Source: Candidatus Sysuimicrobiota bacterium (GTDB taxonomy: Bacteria > Sysuimicrobiota > Sysuimicrobiia > Sysuimicrobiales > Sysuimicrobiaceae). Taken from it: 64,000 nt of DNA. The position numbers and the translations under genes are program-made. The notes under the pieces are model-generated. The model saw only the letters and a program-made list of their open reading frames with translations. It was not told the DNA's origin and did not search any database. Every line of letters begins with the position of its first letter. Position 1 is the stretch's first letter. Below are positions 1 to 9,441 of the stretch, in pieces. The stretch lies in assembly GCA_040289515.1 (NCBI GenBank), contig PSLI01000002.1, positions 1-64,000 on the forward strand, read 5' to 3'.

Positions 1-1041
1 CCTCAGTCGGTAAGCGGCTCACAGCTGGTGGGTTTCGGCCCAAGCTACAAGTTTGGTGCTGCGGACCTGGGCCAGCGCGTGCGCCTCACGTACAGCGGCC
101 GAGTAGCCGACAACGTGACCGTTACACTGCGGGCACGGTACACCTCGGCCGTGGGCGCCGCGGCCACCGTGGACTTTGACCGGGCGTACCTAACGGTTGA
201 CAACCTGTTCGACATCCCCGGCCTGTGGCTGCGAGCTGGCCGTGATGTCGTGACCCTGGGGCCGGTGGGCCTTCTCCTGAACGAGGGGAACCGCAACGAT
301 CGGCGCACGGGCGTGCAGGTCCGGTACCGCCTGGACCCGTTTACCCTGTTTGGCTTCGCCCAGTGGGCGGATGCCGATCAGGGCACACCCGCTACGGTCT
401 ACGGGGGCCGGTTGTCGTTTGCGCTGTTTCCGGGGTGGACCCTCGGGGTGAACTATCGGCTAGACCAGTTGAACGGCGCCGCGGCTGCCGGTGCGCCTCA
501 TTTGGGCGCGCAGCAGGGCTCCGGGTGGAGCGCGGACCTGTCGGGCGCCCTTCTCGCGGGCCTGAAACTGACCGTGGAGTACGCGAGCTACAACAACACA
601 ACCACGGCTGCAAGCGGGTCGTACTGGATTGCCAGGGCGGATCTGGACCTTGCGCAGCTTCTGGGCGTGGAGCCCATGTCCCCCAAGCTGGCGCTGTGGT
701 ACAAGGACTTCGACCCTCTTCAGATCCCCCGCCCGCGGGCTGGGCTGCAATCACCAGACTTCTATCCGATGTTTGCGTACACGCCCAACCTACGTGCCTT
801 TGGCGCGCGCCTGGACCTGCAGCTAATGGAAAACGTGAAGGGCTGGGCCCTGGGCGAGTGGGGTGACTTCAAGACGTCTCTTAGGGAGCCTCTGTCCGGC
901 ACCTCGTGGAGCCTGGTGGAAGCCGGGTTTACCTGGACGCTGGCTCCAAAGGTGGACGTGACGGTCTACTACGCCACCGCCAGAGCCGGGGGTACGGACA
1001 TCGGCACCTTCCTGGGGCTGTACGCGGCTACCAGCTGGTAA
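1..1041 (+). CDS. Probable outer-membrane beta-barrel protein (porin/OmpM-like), 5'-truncated by window edge
   Basis: Frame is open from base 1; alternating hydrophobic/aromatic beta-strand pattern; C-terminal aromatic residue (GLYAATSW) like a BAM signal. Confidence 0.65.
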   Translation, partial: PQSVSGSQLVGFGPSYKFGAADLGQRVRLTYSGRVADNVTVTLRARYTSAVGAAATVDFDRAYLTVDNLFDIPGLWLRAGRDVVTLGPVGLLLNEGNRNDRRTGVQVRYRLDPFTLFGFAQWADADQGTPATVYGGRLSFALFPGWTLGVNYRLDQLNGAAAAGAPHLGAQQGSGWSADLSGALLAGLKLTVEYASYNNTTTAASGSYWIARADLDLAQLLGVEPMSPKLALWYKDFDPLQIPRPRAGLQSPDFYPMFAYTPNLRAFGARLDLQLMENVKGWALGEWGDFKTSLREPLSGTSWSLVEAGFTWTLAPKVDVTVYYATARAGGTDIGTFLGLYAATSW

Positions 1042-1064
1042 GCTGCAGCCAGACTCCGCAAACC

Positions 1065-1103
1065 GCTGGGGCCCGGGGAACCCCTCGGGCCCCAGCCCTT
1101 TTC
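1065..1103 (+). terminator. Intrinsic terminator-like hairpin
   Basis: GCTGGGGCCCG...CGGGCCCCAGC stem followed by CCTTTTC. Confidence 0.65.
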
Positions 1104-1123
1104 CGTCTGGGATAGAAGCGCGG

Positions 1124-1152
1124 TTGACGGCACGCGCGCGCCGTGCTAGCAT
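1124..1152 (+). promoter_or_regulatory. sigma70-type promoter of pyr operon
   Basis: TTGACG-17 nt-TAGCAT with extended -10 TG. Confidence 0.7.
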
Positions 1153-1159
1153 CGCCCTG

Positions 1160-1250
1160 AGAGCACCTTTAAGTCGGTCCAGTGAGGCCGGCAAGGGGAA
1201 ACAAACCGCAGGTGGCCTTCCTTGCCGGTCGGCGGGAAGGTAAATTTTTT
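1160..1250 (+). promoter_or_regulatory. PyrR-binding RNA attenuator
   Basis: CCTTTAA...GGTCCAGTGAGGCC PyrR loop (1166-1198); CCGGCAAGG complementary to CCTTGCCGG (antiterminator); GCCTTCC...GGAAGGT hairpin plus TTTTTT terminator upstream of pyrB. Confidence 0.9.
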
Positions 1251-1291
1251 GCCCCTGCTCGCCCCTCTGGCCGACCCGGGGAGGTGGTGAG

Positions 1292-2260
1292 GTGAACGCG
1301 CTGGGTAGGCACCTCCTGGGTCTTTGGCCTTTATCGAGCGACCAGATCCTGCACCTGTTGAACCTGGCGGAGCGCGCCGCCTCAGGAGGCCTTCCGCCGG
1401 ATGCCCTGCGGGGGCGGGTGGTGGCCAACGTCTTCTACGAGCCCAGCACCCGCACCCGCACCTCCTTTGAGCTGGCGAGTCGTCGCCTGGGCGCGGAGGT
1501 GGTGAACTTCGACCCCGAGCGCAGCTCCGTGCGGAAGGGCGAGTCCCTGGTGGATACCGCCCTCACCCTGGAGGCACTGGGGGTGGACGCCATCGTGCTG
1601 CGGCATGAATGCAGCGGTACACCGCACCGGGTGGCCCGGTGGGTGCGCTGCAGCGTGGTGAACGCGGGCGATGGGATGCACGAGCACCCCACGCAGGCCC
1701 TGGTGGACCTGCTGACCGTACGTCGGGCTTTCGGGCGCCTGGCGGGCCTGAAGGTGGCCATCGTGGGCGACGTGCTGCACAGCCGGGTGGCGCGCTCCGC
1801 CGCCTGGGGCTTCTCCAAGCTGGGTGCGGAGGTGCTGCTGTGCGGGCCGGCGACCCTGACCCCGCAGCAGTTGAGCGCACCCGGGGTTCGCACCTGCCAC
1901 CGTTGGGAGGAAGCCCTCGAGGGCGCGGACGTGGTGATGGCGCTGCGCGTGCAGGCAGAAAGGCAGGCCACAAGCTTCGGGATGTCTTTGGGGGAGTACC
2001 ACCGCGCCTACGCGCTCACCCCGGAGCGGCTGCGCCTGGCCAAGCCGGGGGTGTTGGTCCTGCACCCCGGGCCCATGAATCTGGGGGTTGAGATCACCCC
2101 GGAGGTGGCCTACGGACCTCCCTCCGCGGTGCTGCAGCAGGTGGCGCACGGGGTGCCGGTGCGGATGGCGGTGCTGTACGCCCTGCTAGCCCAGCAGCAG
2201 CCTGAGGCGGAGCTGCGCCCGATCCAGCGCGCGCCGCTTGCGCTTGTGGGGAGGTCCTGA
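1292..2260 (+). CDS. pyrB: Aspartate carbamoyltransferase catalytic subunit
   Basis: FYEPSTRTRTSFE, HEHPTQAL, HPGPMN motifs. Confidence 0.97.
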   Translation: MNALGRHLLGLWPLSSDQILHLLNLAERAASGGLPPDALRGRVVANVFYEPSTRTRTSFELASRRLGAEVVNFDPERSSVRKGESLVDTALTLEALGVDAIVLRHECSGTPHRVARWVRCSVVNAGDGMHEHPTQALVDLLTVRRAFGRLAGLKVAIVGDVLHSRVARSAAWGFSKLGAEVLLCGPATLTPQQLSAPGVRTCHRWEEALEGADVVMALRVQAERQATSFGMSLGEYHRAYALTPERLRLAKPGVLVLHPGPMNLGVEITPEVAYGPPSAVLQQVAHGVPVRMAVLYALLAQQQPEAELRPIQRAPLALVGRS

Positions 2261-3576
2261 TGGGGTTGCTGCTGCGTGACGCCCGGGTGGTGGACCCGGC
2301 CTCGGGCCGGGACACCGTGGCCTGCGTGCTGGTGCAGGACGGTGTCCTCCGTGCGCTGCTGCCGCCCGGCTCTGAGGTGCCGGGGGTGGAGGCGAGCTTT
2401 GACCTGAGGGGCCTCGTGGTGGCCCCGGGCCTGGTGGACCTGCACGTGCACCTGCGGCAGCCGGGCCAGACCCACAAGGAGGACATCAACTCCGGCGCCC
2501 GCGCCGCGGCCCGCGGAGGGGTCACCACGGTGGTGTGCATGGCCAACACCAGCCCTCCCGTGGACGACCCCACGGTGGTGGCGGCCATCCGGGAGTGGTC
2601 GCGCCAGGCCAGCGTGCGCGTGCACCCGGTGGGCGCGGTCACAAAAGGCCTGGAGGGCCGAAAGCTGAGCCCCATCGCGTCCCTGGCCGCAGCGGGCGTG
2701 GTGGCACTGTCGGACGACGGCCGGTGGGTGCAGGATGCGGGCCTGCTGCGTTGCGCCCTGGTGGCCGCCAAAAGTTTTGATCTACCGATCCTCCAGCACT
2801 GCGAGGATGTGAACCTGTCCGCGGGCGGGATGATGCACGAGGGCGAGGTGAGCGCGCGGCTCGGGCTGCGGGGGATCCCGCGCAGCGCGGAGGAGGCCGC
2901 CCTGGCTCGGGACCTGGTGCTGGCGGAGGAGGTGGGCGCGCACCTGCACGTGCAGCACGTGAGCACTTCGGGTGCCGTACGGTTGATCCGGCAGGCCAAA
3001 GAACGGGGCGTTGCGGTCACCGCGGAGGTGACCCCGCACCACCTGACCCTCACGGACGAGGCGGTGGAGGGCTTTGATACCAACTTTAAGGTCCGCCCGC
3101 CCCTGCGCACCGCGGAGGACGTGGAGGCCCTGCTGGAGGCCCTGCGCGACGGCACCGTGGACTGCGTGGCCACCGACCACGCTCCTCATGCGCCGTGGGA
3201 GAAGCTGGTGGAGTTTGATCGGGCTCCCTTCGGTGTGGTGGGCCTGGAGACGTTGCTGGGCGTGGTGCTGACGCGGCTGGTGCACCAGCAGGGCTGGAGC
3301 CTGCAAGAGGCCCTCCGCACGGTGACCTGCGAGCCGGCGCGGGTGCTGGGCCTTCCGGCCGGCCGGCTCGCTGAGGGCGGGGTAGCGGACCTGGTGGTGT
3401 TCGACCCCGACGCGGAGTGGACGGTGCGCTCGGAGGAGTTCGCTTCCAAGGCGCGCAACACCCCGTTTGCGGGCTGGCACCTCCGGGGCAAGGTGCTGGG
3501 AACCCTGGTGGGCGGGCGGTGGGCGTACGCGGACGAAGCCCTCCTGCGCCGGCAGCTGGCGGGGGCGGTGCCGTGA
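2260..3576 (+). CDS. pyrC: Dihydroorotase
   Basis: DLHVHLRQPG, SDDG, EVTPHHL, ATDHAPH motifs. Confidence 0.96.
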   Translation: MGLLLRDARVVDPASGRDTVACVLVQDGVLRALLPPGSEVPGVEASFDLRGLVVAPGLVDLHVHLRQPGQTHKEDINSGARAAARGGVTTVVCMANTSPPVDDPTVVAAIREWSRQASVRVHPVGAVTKGLEGRKLSPIASLAAAGVVALSDDGRWVQDAGLLRCALVAAKSFDLPILQHCEDVNLSAGGMMHEGEVSARLGLRGIPRSAEEAALARDLVLAEEVGAHLHVQHVSTSGAVRLIRQAKERGVAVTAEVTPHHLTLTDEAVEGFDTNFKVRPPLRTAEDVEALLEALRDGTVDCVATDHAPHAPWEKLVEFDRAPFGVVGLETLLGVVLTRLVHQQGWSLQEALRTVTCEPARVLGLPAGRLAEGGVADLVVFDPDAEWTVRSEEFASKARNTPFAGWHLRGKVLGTLVGGRWAYADEALLRRQLAGAVP

Positions 3577-4574
3577 GCCGTGTGTGTGGTGTTCCCGAAC
3601 AGGAGCGGCGGGGCCCACGCGCAACGGCCCGTGACGTGGAACCCGACCTTTCCCTGGAGCTAGCGGGCCTGCGCTTGGGGAACCCCGTGCTGTGCGCCTC
3701 CGGCCCTCTCGGGCACGGCCGCGAGGTGGCGCAGGTGTACGACCTGCGGGCCTTCGGGGCCTTCGTGACCAAGTCCATCACCCTGGAGCCCACAGCCGGT
3801 AACCCGCGGCCGCACGGGGTGCCCACGGACGGTGGCTGGCTTAATTCCGTGGGCCTGCGCAACCCGGGCCTGGCCGCCTTCCTGGCCAAGGACCTGCCGT
3901 TTTTGCGGACCTTGGGGATCCCCATCGTGGCCAGCGTGGCAGGACACTCCGTAGAGGAGTTCTGCACCGTGGTGCGCGGGCTGGACGAGGCGGAGGGCAT
4001 CCACGCATTGGAGCTGAACGTGTCCTGCCCCAACGTAGCCGACGGCCTCCTGTTCGGGCAGAACCCGCAGCGCACCGCTGCGCTGGTGGCTGCCGTGCGG
4101 CGCCTGACGCGCCTGCCGGTGTTCGTAAAACTGGCCCCGGACCTCCTGGACCCCACCGGCTGCGCGCGGGCGGCAGTTCACGCGGGCGCGGACGTACTGG
4201 TGGTGACCAACACGCTTCCCGCCATGGCCATAGACGTGCACAGCCGTCGGCCCAAGCTGGGAGGCATCACCGGGGGGCTTTCCGGGCCCGCGATCCGTCC
4301 GGTGGTGGTGCGGCTGGTGTGGGAGATCTCCCGGGCGGTGCCGGTGCCGGTGGTGGGAGCTGGCGGGGTTGCCAGTTGGGAGCACGCGGTGGAGTTCTTG
4401 CTGGCCGGCGCGCGGGCGGTGGCGGTGGGCTCCGCGCTGCTGGCGGACCCGCAGGCGCACGTGAAGGTGCTTTGGGGCCTGCGGGAGTACCTGCGGGCCC
4501 AGGGGGTGGCCCGCGTGGCGGCCCTGGTGGGCTCCCTGGACCTTTCGGGACCGGCTTTGGCCGAACAAGCGTGA
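3573..4574 (+). CDS. pyrD: Dihydroorotate dehydrogenase, family 1 (start may be 3636)
   Basis: GNPRP, NSVGL, ELNVSCPN, GGLSGPAI motifs; GTGA overlap with pyrC. Confidence 0.93.
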   Translation: MSRVCGVPEQERRGPRATARDVEPDLSLELAGLRLGNPVLCASGPLGHGREVAQVYDLRAFGAFVTKSITLEPTAGNPRPHGVPTDGGWLNSVGLRNPGLAAFLAKDLPFLRTLGIPIVASVAGHSVEEFCTVVRGLDEAEGIHALELNVSCPNVADGLLFGQNPQRTAALVAAVRRLTRLPVFVKLAPDLLDPTGCARAAVHAGADVLVVTNTLPAMAIDVHSRRPKLGGITGGLSGPAIRPVVVRLVWEISRAVPVPVVGAGGVASWEHAVEFLLAGARAVAVGSALLADPQAHVKVLWGLREYLRAQGVARVAALVGSLDLSGPALAEQA

Positions 4575-5269
4575 CCGAGCTGGTGGTGGCCCTGGATGTC
4601 CCCGACCTGGCTTCGGCGAGGCGGTGGGTGGACCGTCTGTGCCCGCCCGTCCGGTACTTCAAGGTGGGCTTGCAGCTGTTCACCGCCGCGGGCCCGCAGG
4701 CGGTGCGGGAGTTGCAGGAGCGCGGGGCCCGGGTGTTCCTGGATCTCAAGTTCTGCGACATCCCCCACACCGTGGAGCAGGCGGCCACATCCGCCGCGCG
4801 TCTGGGGGTGTGGATGTTCAACGTGCACGCTTGCGGGGGCCTGGAGATGATGCGGCGGGCCGCGGAGGGGGCCCGGCGGGCCTCGCAGGCTCCGCCCCTG
4901 GTCCTGGCCGTCACCGCCCTCACCAGCGCCGGCCCGGGTGACCTCCGGGAGGTGGGGGTGCAAGACGAGCCCGCAGCGTACGCGCTGCGCCTGGCCCGGC
5001 TGGCGCGAAAAGCGGGCCTGGACGGGGTTGTGTGCTCGGTGCGGGAGGTGGCGGCGGTCAAACACAGCTGCGGCCCGGAATTCGTTACGGTGGTCCCCGG
5101 GGTACGGCGAAGCGAGGTACCTGGCGACGACCAGCGCCGCACCGGTAGTCTGCACGAGGCGGTGTGCTGCGGTGCGGACTACGTGGTGGTGGGTAGGCCC
5201 ATCCTCCTGGCCCAGGACCCCGTAGCAGCCGTGCAGGCGACCCTGGAGGTGCTGAAAGCGGCAGGCTAA
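4571..5269 (+). CDS. pyrF: Orotidine-5'-phosphate decarboxylase
   Basis: VALD, FKVG, DLKFCDIPHT, VPGVR, VVGRPI motifs. Confidence 0.96.
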   Translation: MTELVVALDVPDLASARRWVDRLCPPVRYFKVGLQLFTAAGPQAVRELQERGARVFLDLKFCDIPHTVEQAATSAARLGVWMFNVHACGGLEMMRRAAEGARRASQAPPLVLAVTALTSAGPGDLREVGVQDEPAAYALRLARLARKAGLDGVVCSVREVAAVKHSCGPEFVTVVPGVRRSEVPGDDQRRTGSLHEAVCCGADYVVVGRPILLAQDPVAAVQATLEVLKAAG

Positions 5270-5295
5270 ACCGAGCCAGCAAGACAGTTCGCGAG

Positions 5296-5874
5296 GTGGC
5301 CACGACCCTCACGGAGGCCCAGATTCTGGAGCTGCTGCGGCGCTACGGGGCCGTCCAGGAGGGCCACTTTCTTCTCAGCTCCGGCATGCACAGCCGCCAG
5401 TACATCCAGTGCGCGCTGCTGCTGCAGTACCCCGAGGTGGCCGCACAGATGTGCGCGGCCCTCGCGGAGCCCTTCCGGGCTGAGCAGGTGCACACCGTGC
5501 TCGGGCCCGCCCTGGGAGCCGTGGTGCTGGCCTACGAGACCGCCCGGCAGCTGGGAGCGAGGGCGCTGTGGGCGGAACGGTCCGAGGGCCGCATGGCCCT
5601 GCGGCGCGGCTTCAACCTCACCTCAGGGGAGCGGGTCCTTGTGGTGGAGGATGTGGTCACCACGGGCGGGTCCGCCAAGGAGGTGGCTCACCTGGCGGAA
5701 CGGGCGGGGGCGGTGGTGGTGGGGGTTGCGGCCATCGTGGACCGGTCCGGTGGCGGCCACCGCCTGCGCTGGCATTTTGAGCCCCTGGCCCGCTTGGACG
5801 TGCAGGCTTACCTGCCGGCTAGCTGCCCTTTGTGCCGCGAGGGGGTACCCCTCCTGAAGCCGGGCAGCCGCTGA
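5296..5874 (+). CDS. pyrE: Orotate phosphoribosyltransferase
   Basis: GHFLLSSG, VVEDVVTTGGS, C-terminal CPLC...KPGSR. Confidence 0.95.
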   Translation: MATTLTEAQILELLRRYGAVQEGHFLLSSGMHSRQYIQCALLLQYPEVAAQMCAALAEPFRAEQVHTVLGPALGAVVLAYETARQLGARALWAERSEGRMALRRGFNLTSGERVLVVEDVVTTGGSAKEVAHLAERAGAVVVGVAAIVDRSGGGHRLRWHFEPLARLDVQAYLPASCPLCREGVPLLKPGSR

Positions 5875-5960
5875 CCAGGGTTCCGTGTTTTCGCACACAG
5901 TGGCGCAGTCGGGCCGGTTCGATCGCCATTTTCGAACGATCGTCAGGGCCAGCCGTTGAT

Positions 5961-5990
5961 TTGACAGGGTTTTCCGGCCTTCCATATAAT
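5961..5990 (+). promoter_or_regulatory. Consensus sigma70 promoter for hpt-guaB-guaA
   Basis: TTGACA-18 nt-TATAAT. Confidence 0.85.
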
Positions 5991-6014
5991 CCCCGCAAAC
6001 CCCGGAGGCGCGGG

Positions 6015-6557
6015 TTGTCGCTCGTGGACGACATAGAGGAGGTCCTGATCCCCGAGGAGGTCCTGCGCGCCCGGGTGCAGGAGCTCGGGCGCCAGATCTC
6101 CTCGGACTACGAGGGCAAGCAGCCGCTGTTGGTAGGCATCCTGACAGGGGCTGTGTTCTTCGTGTCGGACCTCATGCGGTCCATCACCATCCCCTGCGAG
6201 CTGGACTTCATGGCCACCAGCGCCTACGGTGCCGGGACCGAGAGCACGGGGGTGGTGCGGATCCTGAAGGACCTGAACGAGAGCATCACCGGCCGCCACG
6301 TGCTGGTGGTGGACGACATCGTAGACACCGGGCTCACCATGGACTACCTCCTCACCACCCTCCAGGCCCGGTACCCCGCCAGCCTGGCGGTGTGCGTGCT
6401 GCTGGACAAGTGGGAGCGGCGGCAGCGGGAGGTGCCGCTCCGGTACGTGGGGTTTCGGATCCCCAACAAGTTCGTGGTGGGCTACGGCATGGACTACGCG
6501 GGCCTGTACCGCAACCTGCCCTTTCTGTGCGTGCTGAAACCGGAGGTGTACCGATGA
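6015..6557 (+). CDS. hpt: Hypoxanthine-guanine phosphoribosyltransferase
   Basis: GGAGG then TTG start; VLVVDDIVDTG, FVVGYGMDYAGLYRNLP. Confidence 0.95.
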   Translation: MSLVDDIEEVLIPEEVLRARVQELGRQISSDYEGKQPLLVGILTGAVFFVSDLMRSITIPCELDFMATSAYGAGTESTGVVRILKDLNESITGRHVLVVDDIVDTGLTMDYLLTTLQARYPASLAVCVLLDKWERRQREVPLRYVGFRIPNKFVVGYGMDYAGLYRNLPFLCVLKPEVYR

Positions 6558-7816
6558 CGGCCAACACCGCCCTGGAGCCCCTCACAGCGGGCCTGGCAGG
6601 GGAACGCAAAACGCCGGAAATACCAGCCCCGCAGCCGTGCTCCGTTCAGGAGGCAGACACGGTCCCGCTGGGGCTGGGTCGCCGGGTGCGCCGGGCGTAC
6701 GGGTACGACGACGTCGCCCTGGTGCCCGCCGCGGCCACCGTGGACCCCGAGGACGTGGACACCACCTGGGAGGTGGGCGGCCACCGGCTGCGCCTGCCGA
6801 TCCTGGCCGCCGCCATGGACAGCGTCACCGACGTGCGCACCGCGGTGCTCATGTGGGAGCTGGGCGGTGCCGGCGTGCTGAACCTGGAAGGCCTGCAGAC
6901 CCGTTACGAGGATCCCAGCGAAGCCCTGGAACGTATCGCCTCCGCGCCCCCGGAACGGTCTGTAGCGGTGCTGCAGGAGGTCTACCGGGTACCCGTGCGG
7001 GAGGAGCTGGTGGCCCGCAGGATCCAGGAGATCAAACGGGCGGGGGCGCTGGCCTTTGGGTCCACCACGCCCGCCTCTGCTTCCTGGCTGGCGCCCGTGG
7101 CGGAGGAGGCCGGGCTGGACGTGCTGGTGCTGCAGTCCACGGTCATCACGGAGCGCCACCGGTCTTCCCGGGGACGGGCCCTTTCGGTGCGGGAGCTGGT
7201 GCGCGAGCTACGGATCCCCGTGATGGCCGGCAACTGCGTCACCTACCAGGCCGCCATGGAGCTGCTGGAGGCCGGGGTGGTGGGGCTGTTGGTGGGCGTC
7301 GGGCCCGGGGCCGCGTGCACCAGCCGCAAGGTCCTGGGCGTGGGCGTGCCACAGGTGACCGCTCTCTGTGACGTGGCAGCGGCGCGGGACGCCTTCCGGG
7401 AGAGGACCGGGCACCACGTGCCGGTGGTGGCGGACGGCGGGATCCGGGTGGGCGGGGAGGTGGCCAAGTCCATCGCGTGCGGCGCGGACGCGGTGATGCT
7501 GGGTTCCGCCCTGGCCTGTGCGGCGGAGTCTCCGGGTCGGGGCTACCACTGGGGTATGGCGACGCCTCATGCGGCTTTGCCGCGAGGAACGCGAATCCGG
7601 GTGGGCACCACGGGAACTCTCCGGCAGATCCTGTTGGGGCCCGCGCAGGTGGATGACGGCAGCCAGAACCTGGTGGAGGCTCTGCGAACGGCCATGGGCC
7701 TGTGCGGGGCCCGCACGCTCCGGGAGATGCAGCGGACCGAGCTGGTTCTGGCCCCCGCCCTGCTCACGGAGGGCAAGGCGGTGCAGTTCGCCCAGCGGGT
7801 GGGGCAGGGCAGGTGA
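6554..7816 (+). CDS. guaB: IMP dehydrogenase-related protein, GuaB3-type (no CBS domains)
   Basis: [44 protein letters not shown] motifs; lies between hpt and guaA. Confidence 0.88.
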   Translation: MTANTALEPLTAGLAGERKTPEIPAPQPCSVQEADTVPLGLGRRVRRAYGYDDVALVPAAATVDPEDVDTTWEVGGHRLRLPILAAAMDSVTDVRTAVLMWELGGAGVLNLEGLQTRYEDPSEALERIASAPPERSVAVLQEVYRVPVREELVARRIQEIKRAGALAFGSTTPASASWLAPVAEEAGLDVLVLQSTVITERHRSSRGRALSVRELVRELRIPVMAGNCVTYQAAMELLEAGVVGLLVGVGPGAACTSRKVLGVGVPQVTALCDVAAARDAFRERTGHHVPVVADGGIRVGGEVAKSIACGADAVMLGSALACAAESPGRGYHWGMATPHAALPRGTRIRVGTTGTLRQILLGPAQVDDGSQNLVEALRTAMGLCGARTLREMQRTELVLAPALLTEGKAVQFAQRVGQGR

Positions 7817-7817
7817 G

Positions 7818-9407
7818 GTGTACCCCGCAGGCGTGGCGGTGGATGAACGGGGCCAAGCCGTCCGCCGTCCAGGTGCCGCCGGGGACCTGGTAGTTGTCCT
7901 GGACTTCGGCGCCCAGTACGCGCAGCTGATCGCCCGGCGCATCCGGGAGCTGCGGGTCTACAGCCGCATCGCCCCGTACGATGTGCCCGCCTCCGAGATC
8001 CGCGCCCTGCAGCCCAAGGGCATCGTGTTGTCCGGGGGACCCGCCAGCGTGTACGAGGAAGGCGCCCCCAGGGCGGACCCGGCCGTCCTGGAGCTGGGCA
8101 TCCCGGTCCTGGGGATCTGCTACGGCATGCAGTGGATGGCCCACGTGCTGGGGGGCCGCACGGGCCCATCTCCCGTGCGCGAGTACGGCCGCACGCGTTT
8201 GTTCGTGGAGCGGTCCGGGGGCCTGTTCGAAGGGTTGGAACGCCGCCTGCTGTGCTGGATGAGCCACGGCGACGCGGTGCTGGAGCTACCGCCGGGCTTC
8301 GAGACGGTGGCCCGCACGGATCACTTGCCCCACGCGGCCATGCAGGATCCGCGCCGCCGATTGTACGGGGTACAGTTCCACCCCGAGGTGTCCCACACCC
8401 CGTGGGGCGTGGACGTGCTGCGCAACTTCGTCCTCGGGGTGTGCGGGTGCGCGCCCACGTGGAATATGCGCTCCTTCGTGGAGGAGGCCACCGAGCAGGT
8501 GCGCCGGCAGGTGGGTTCCGGGCGGGTGCTGTGCGCGCTGTCGGGCGGGGTGGACTCCTCCGCAGCCGCGGCCCTGGTCCACCGGGCCGTGGGCGACCAG
8601 CTCACGTGCGTGTTCGTGGACCACGGGTTTCTCCGGAAGGGGGAGGCCCAGCAGGTGGTGCGGACTTTCCGGGACCACTTCCGGGTGCCCCTGGTGCACG
8701 TGGACGCGCGAAAGCGGTTCTTGGCCCGGCTGCAGGGCGTGGGGGACCCCGAGGAGAAGCGCCGCCGCATCGGGGAGGAGTTCATCCGCGTGTTCGAGGA
8801 GGAAGCCTCCCGCTTGGGCCCCGTGGACTTCCTCGTGCAGGGGACCCTGTACCCGGACGTCATCGAGTCGGGCACCCGCACCGCGGCCCGCATCAAGACC
8901 CACCACAACGTGGGGGGGCTGCCCGAGCGCATGCGTTTCCAGCTGGTGGAGCCCTTCCGGGAGCTGTTCAAGGACGAGGTGCGGGAGGTGGCCCGGCAGC
9001 TGGACCTGCCCGACGAGCTGGTGTGGCGGCACCCCTTTCCGGGGCCCGGCCTGGCCATCCGGGTGCTGGGGGAGGTGACGGAGGAACGGTTGGAGATCCT
9101 GCGGGAGGCTGACAGCATCCTGCTGGAGGAGATCCGGCGCGCGGGCCTTTGGCGGGAGGTCTGGCAGGCGTTCTGCGTGCTGCTCCCGGTGCGGACCGTG
9201 GGGGTGGCGGGGGACGCCCGCACTTATGGCTACGCGTGCGCGGTGCGCGCGGTCACCAGCGAGGACGGGATGACGGCGGACTGGGCCCGGCTCCCCCACG
9301 AGTTTCTGGAAACGGTGGCCGCCCGCATCACCCGCCAGGTGCCCGCCATCACGCGGGTGGTGTACGACGTCACCTCCAAGCCGCCTGCTACCATCGAGTG
9401 GGAGTGA
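7818..9407 (+). CDS. guaA: GMP synthase (glutamine-hydrolysing)
   Basis: [42 protein letters not shown]. Confidence 0.98.
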   Translation: MYPAGVAVDERGQAVRRPGAAGDLVVVLDFGAQYAQLIARRIRELRVYSRIAPYDVPASEIRALQPKGIVLSGGPASVYEEGAPRADPAVLELGIPVLGICYGMQWMAHVLGGRTGPSPVREYGRTRLFVERSGGLFEGLERRLLCWMSHGDAVLELPPGFETVARTDHLPHAAMQDPRRRLYGVQFHPEVSHTPWGVDVLRNFVLGVCGCAPTWNMRSFVEEATEQVRRQVGSGRVLCALSGGVDSSAAAALVHRAVGDQLTCVFVDHGFLRKGEAQQVVRTFRDHFRVPLVHVDARKRFLARLQGVGDPEEKRRRIGEEFIRVFEEEASRLGPVDFLVQGTLYPDVIESGTRTAARIKTHHNVGGLPERMRFQLVEPFRELFKDEVREVARQLDLPDELVWRHPFPGPGLAIRVLGEVTEERLEILREADSILLEEIRRAGLWREVWQAFCVLLPVRTVGVAGDARTYGYACAVRAVTSEDGMTADWARLPHEFLETVAARITRQVPAITRVVYDVTSKPPATIEWE

Positions 9408-9441
9408 GGGCCTTGGAAGCGGTGGCGCGGAGGTTGTCCGG

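Noticed and set aside
5875..6014. Purine riboswitch before hpt-gua genes
   Set aside because: Promoter lies about 25 nt from the start codon and no aptamer motif is visible
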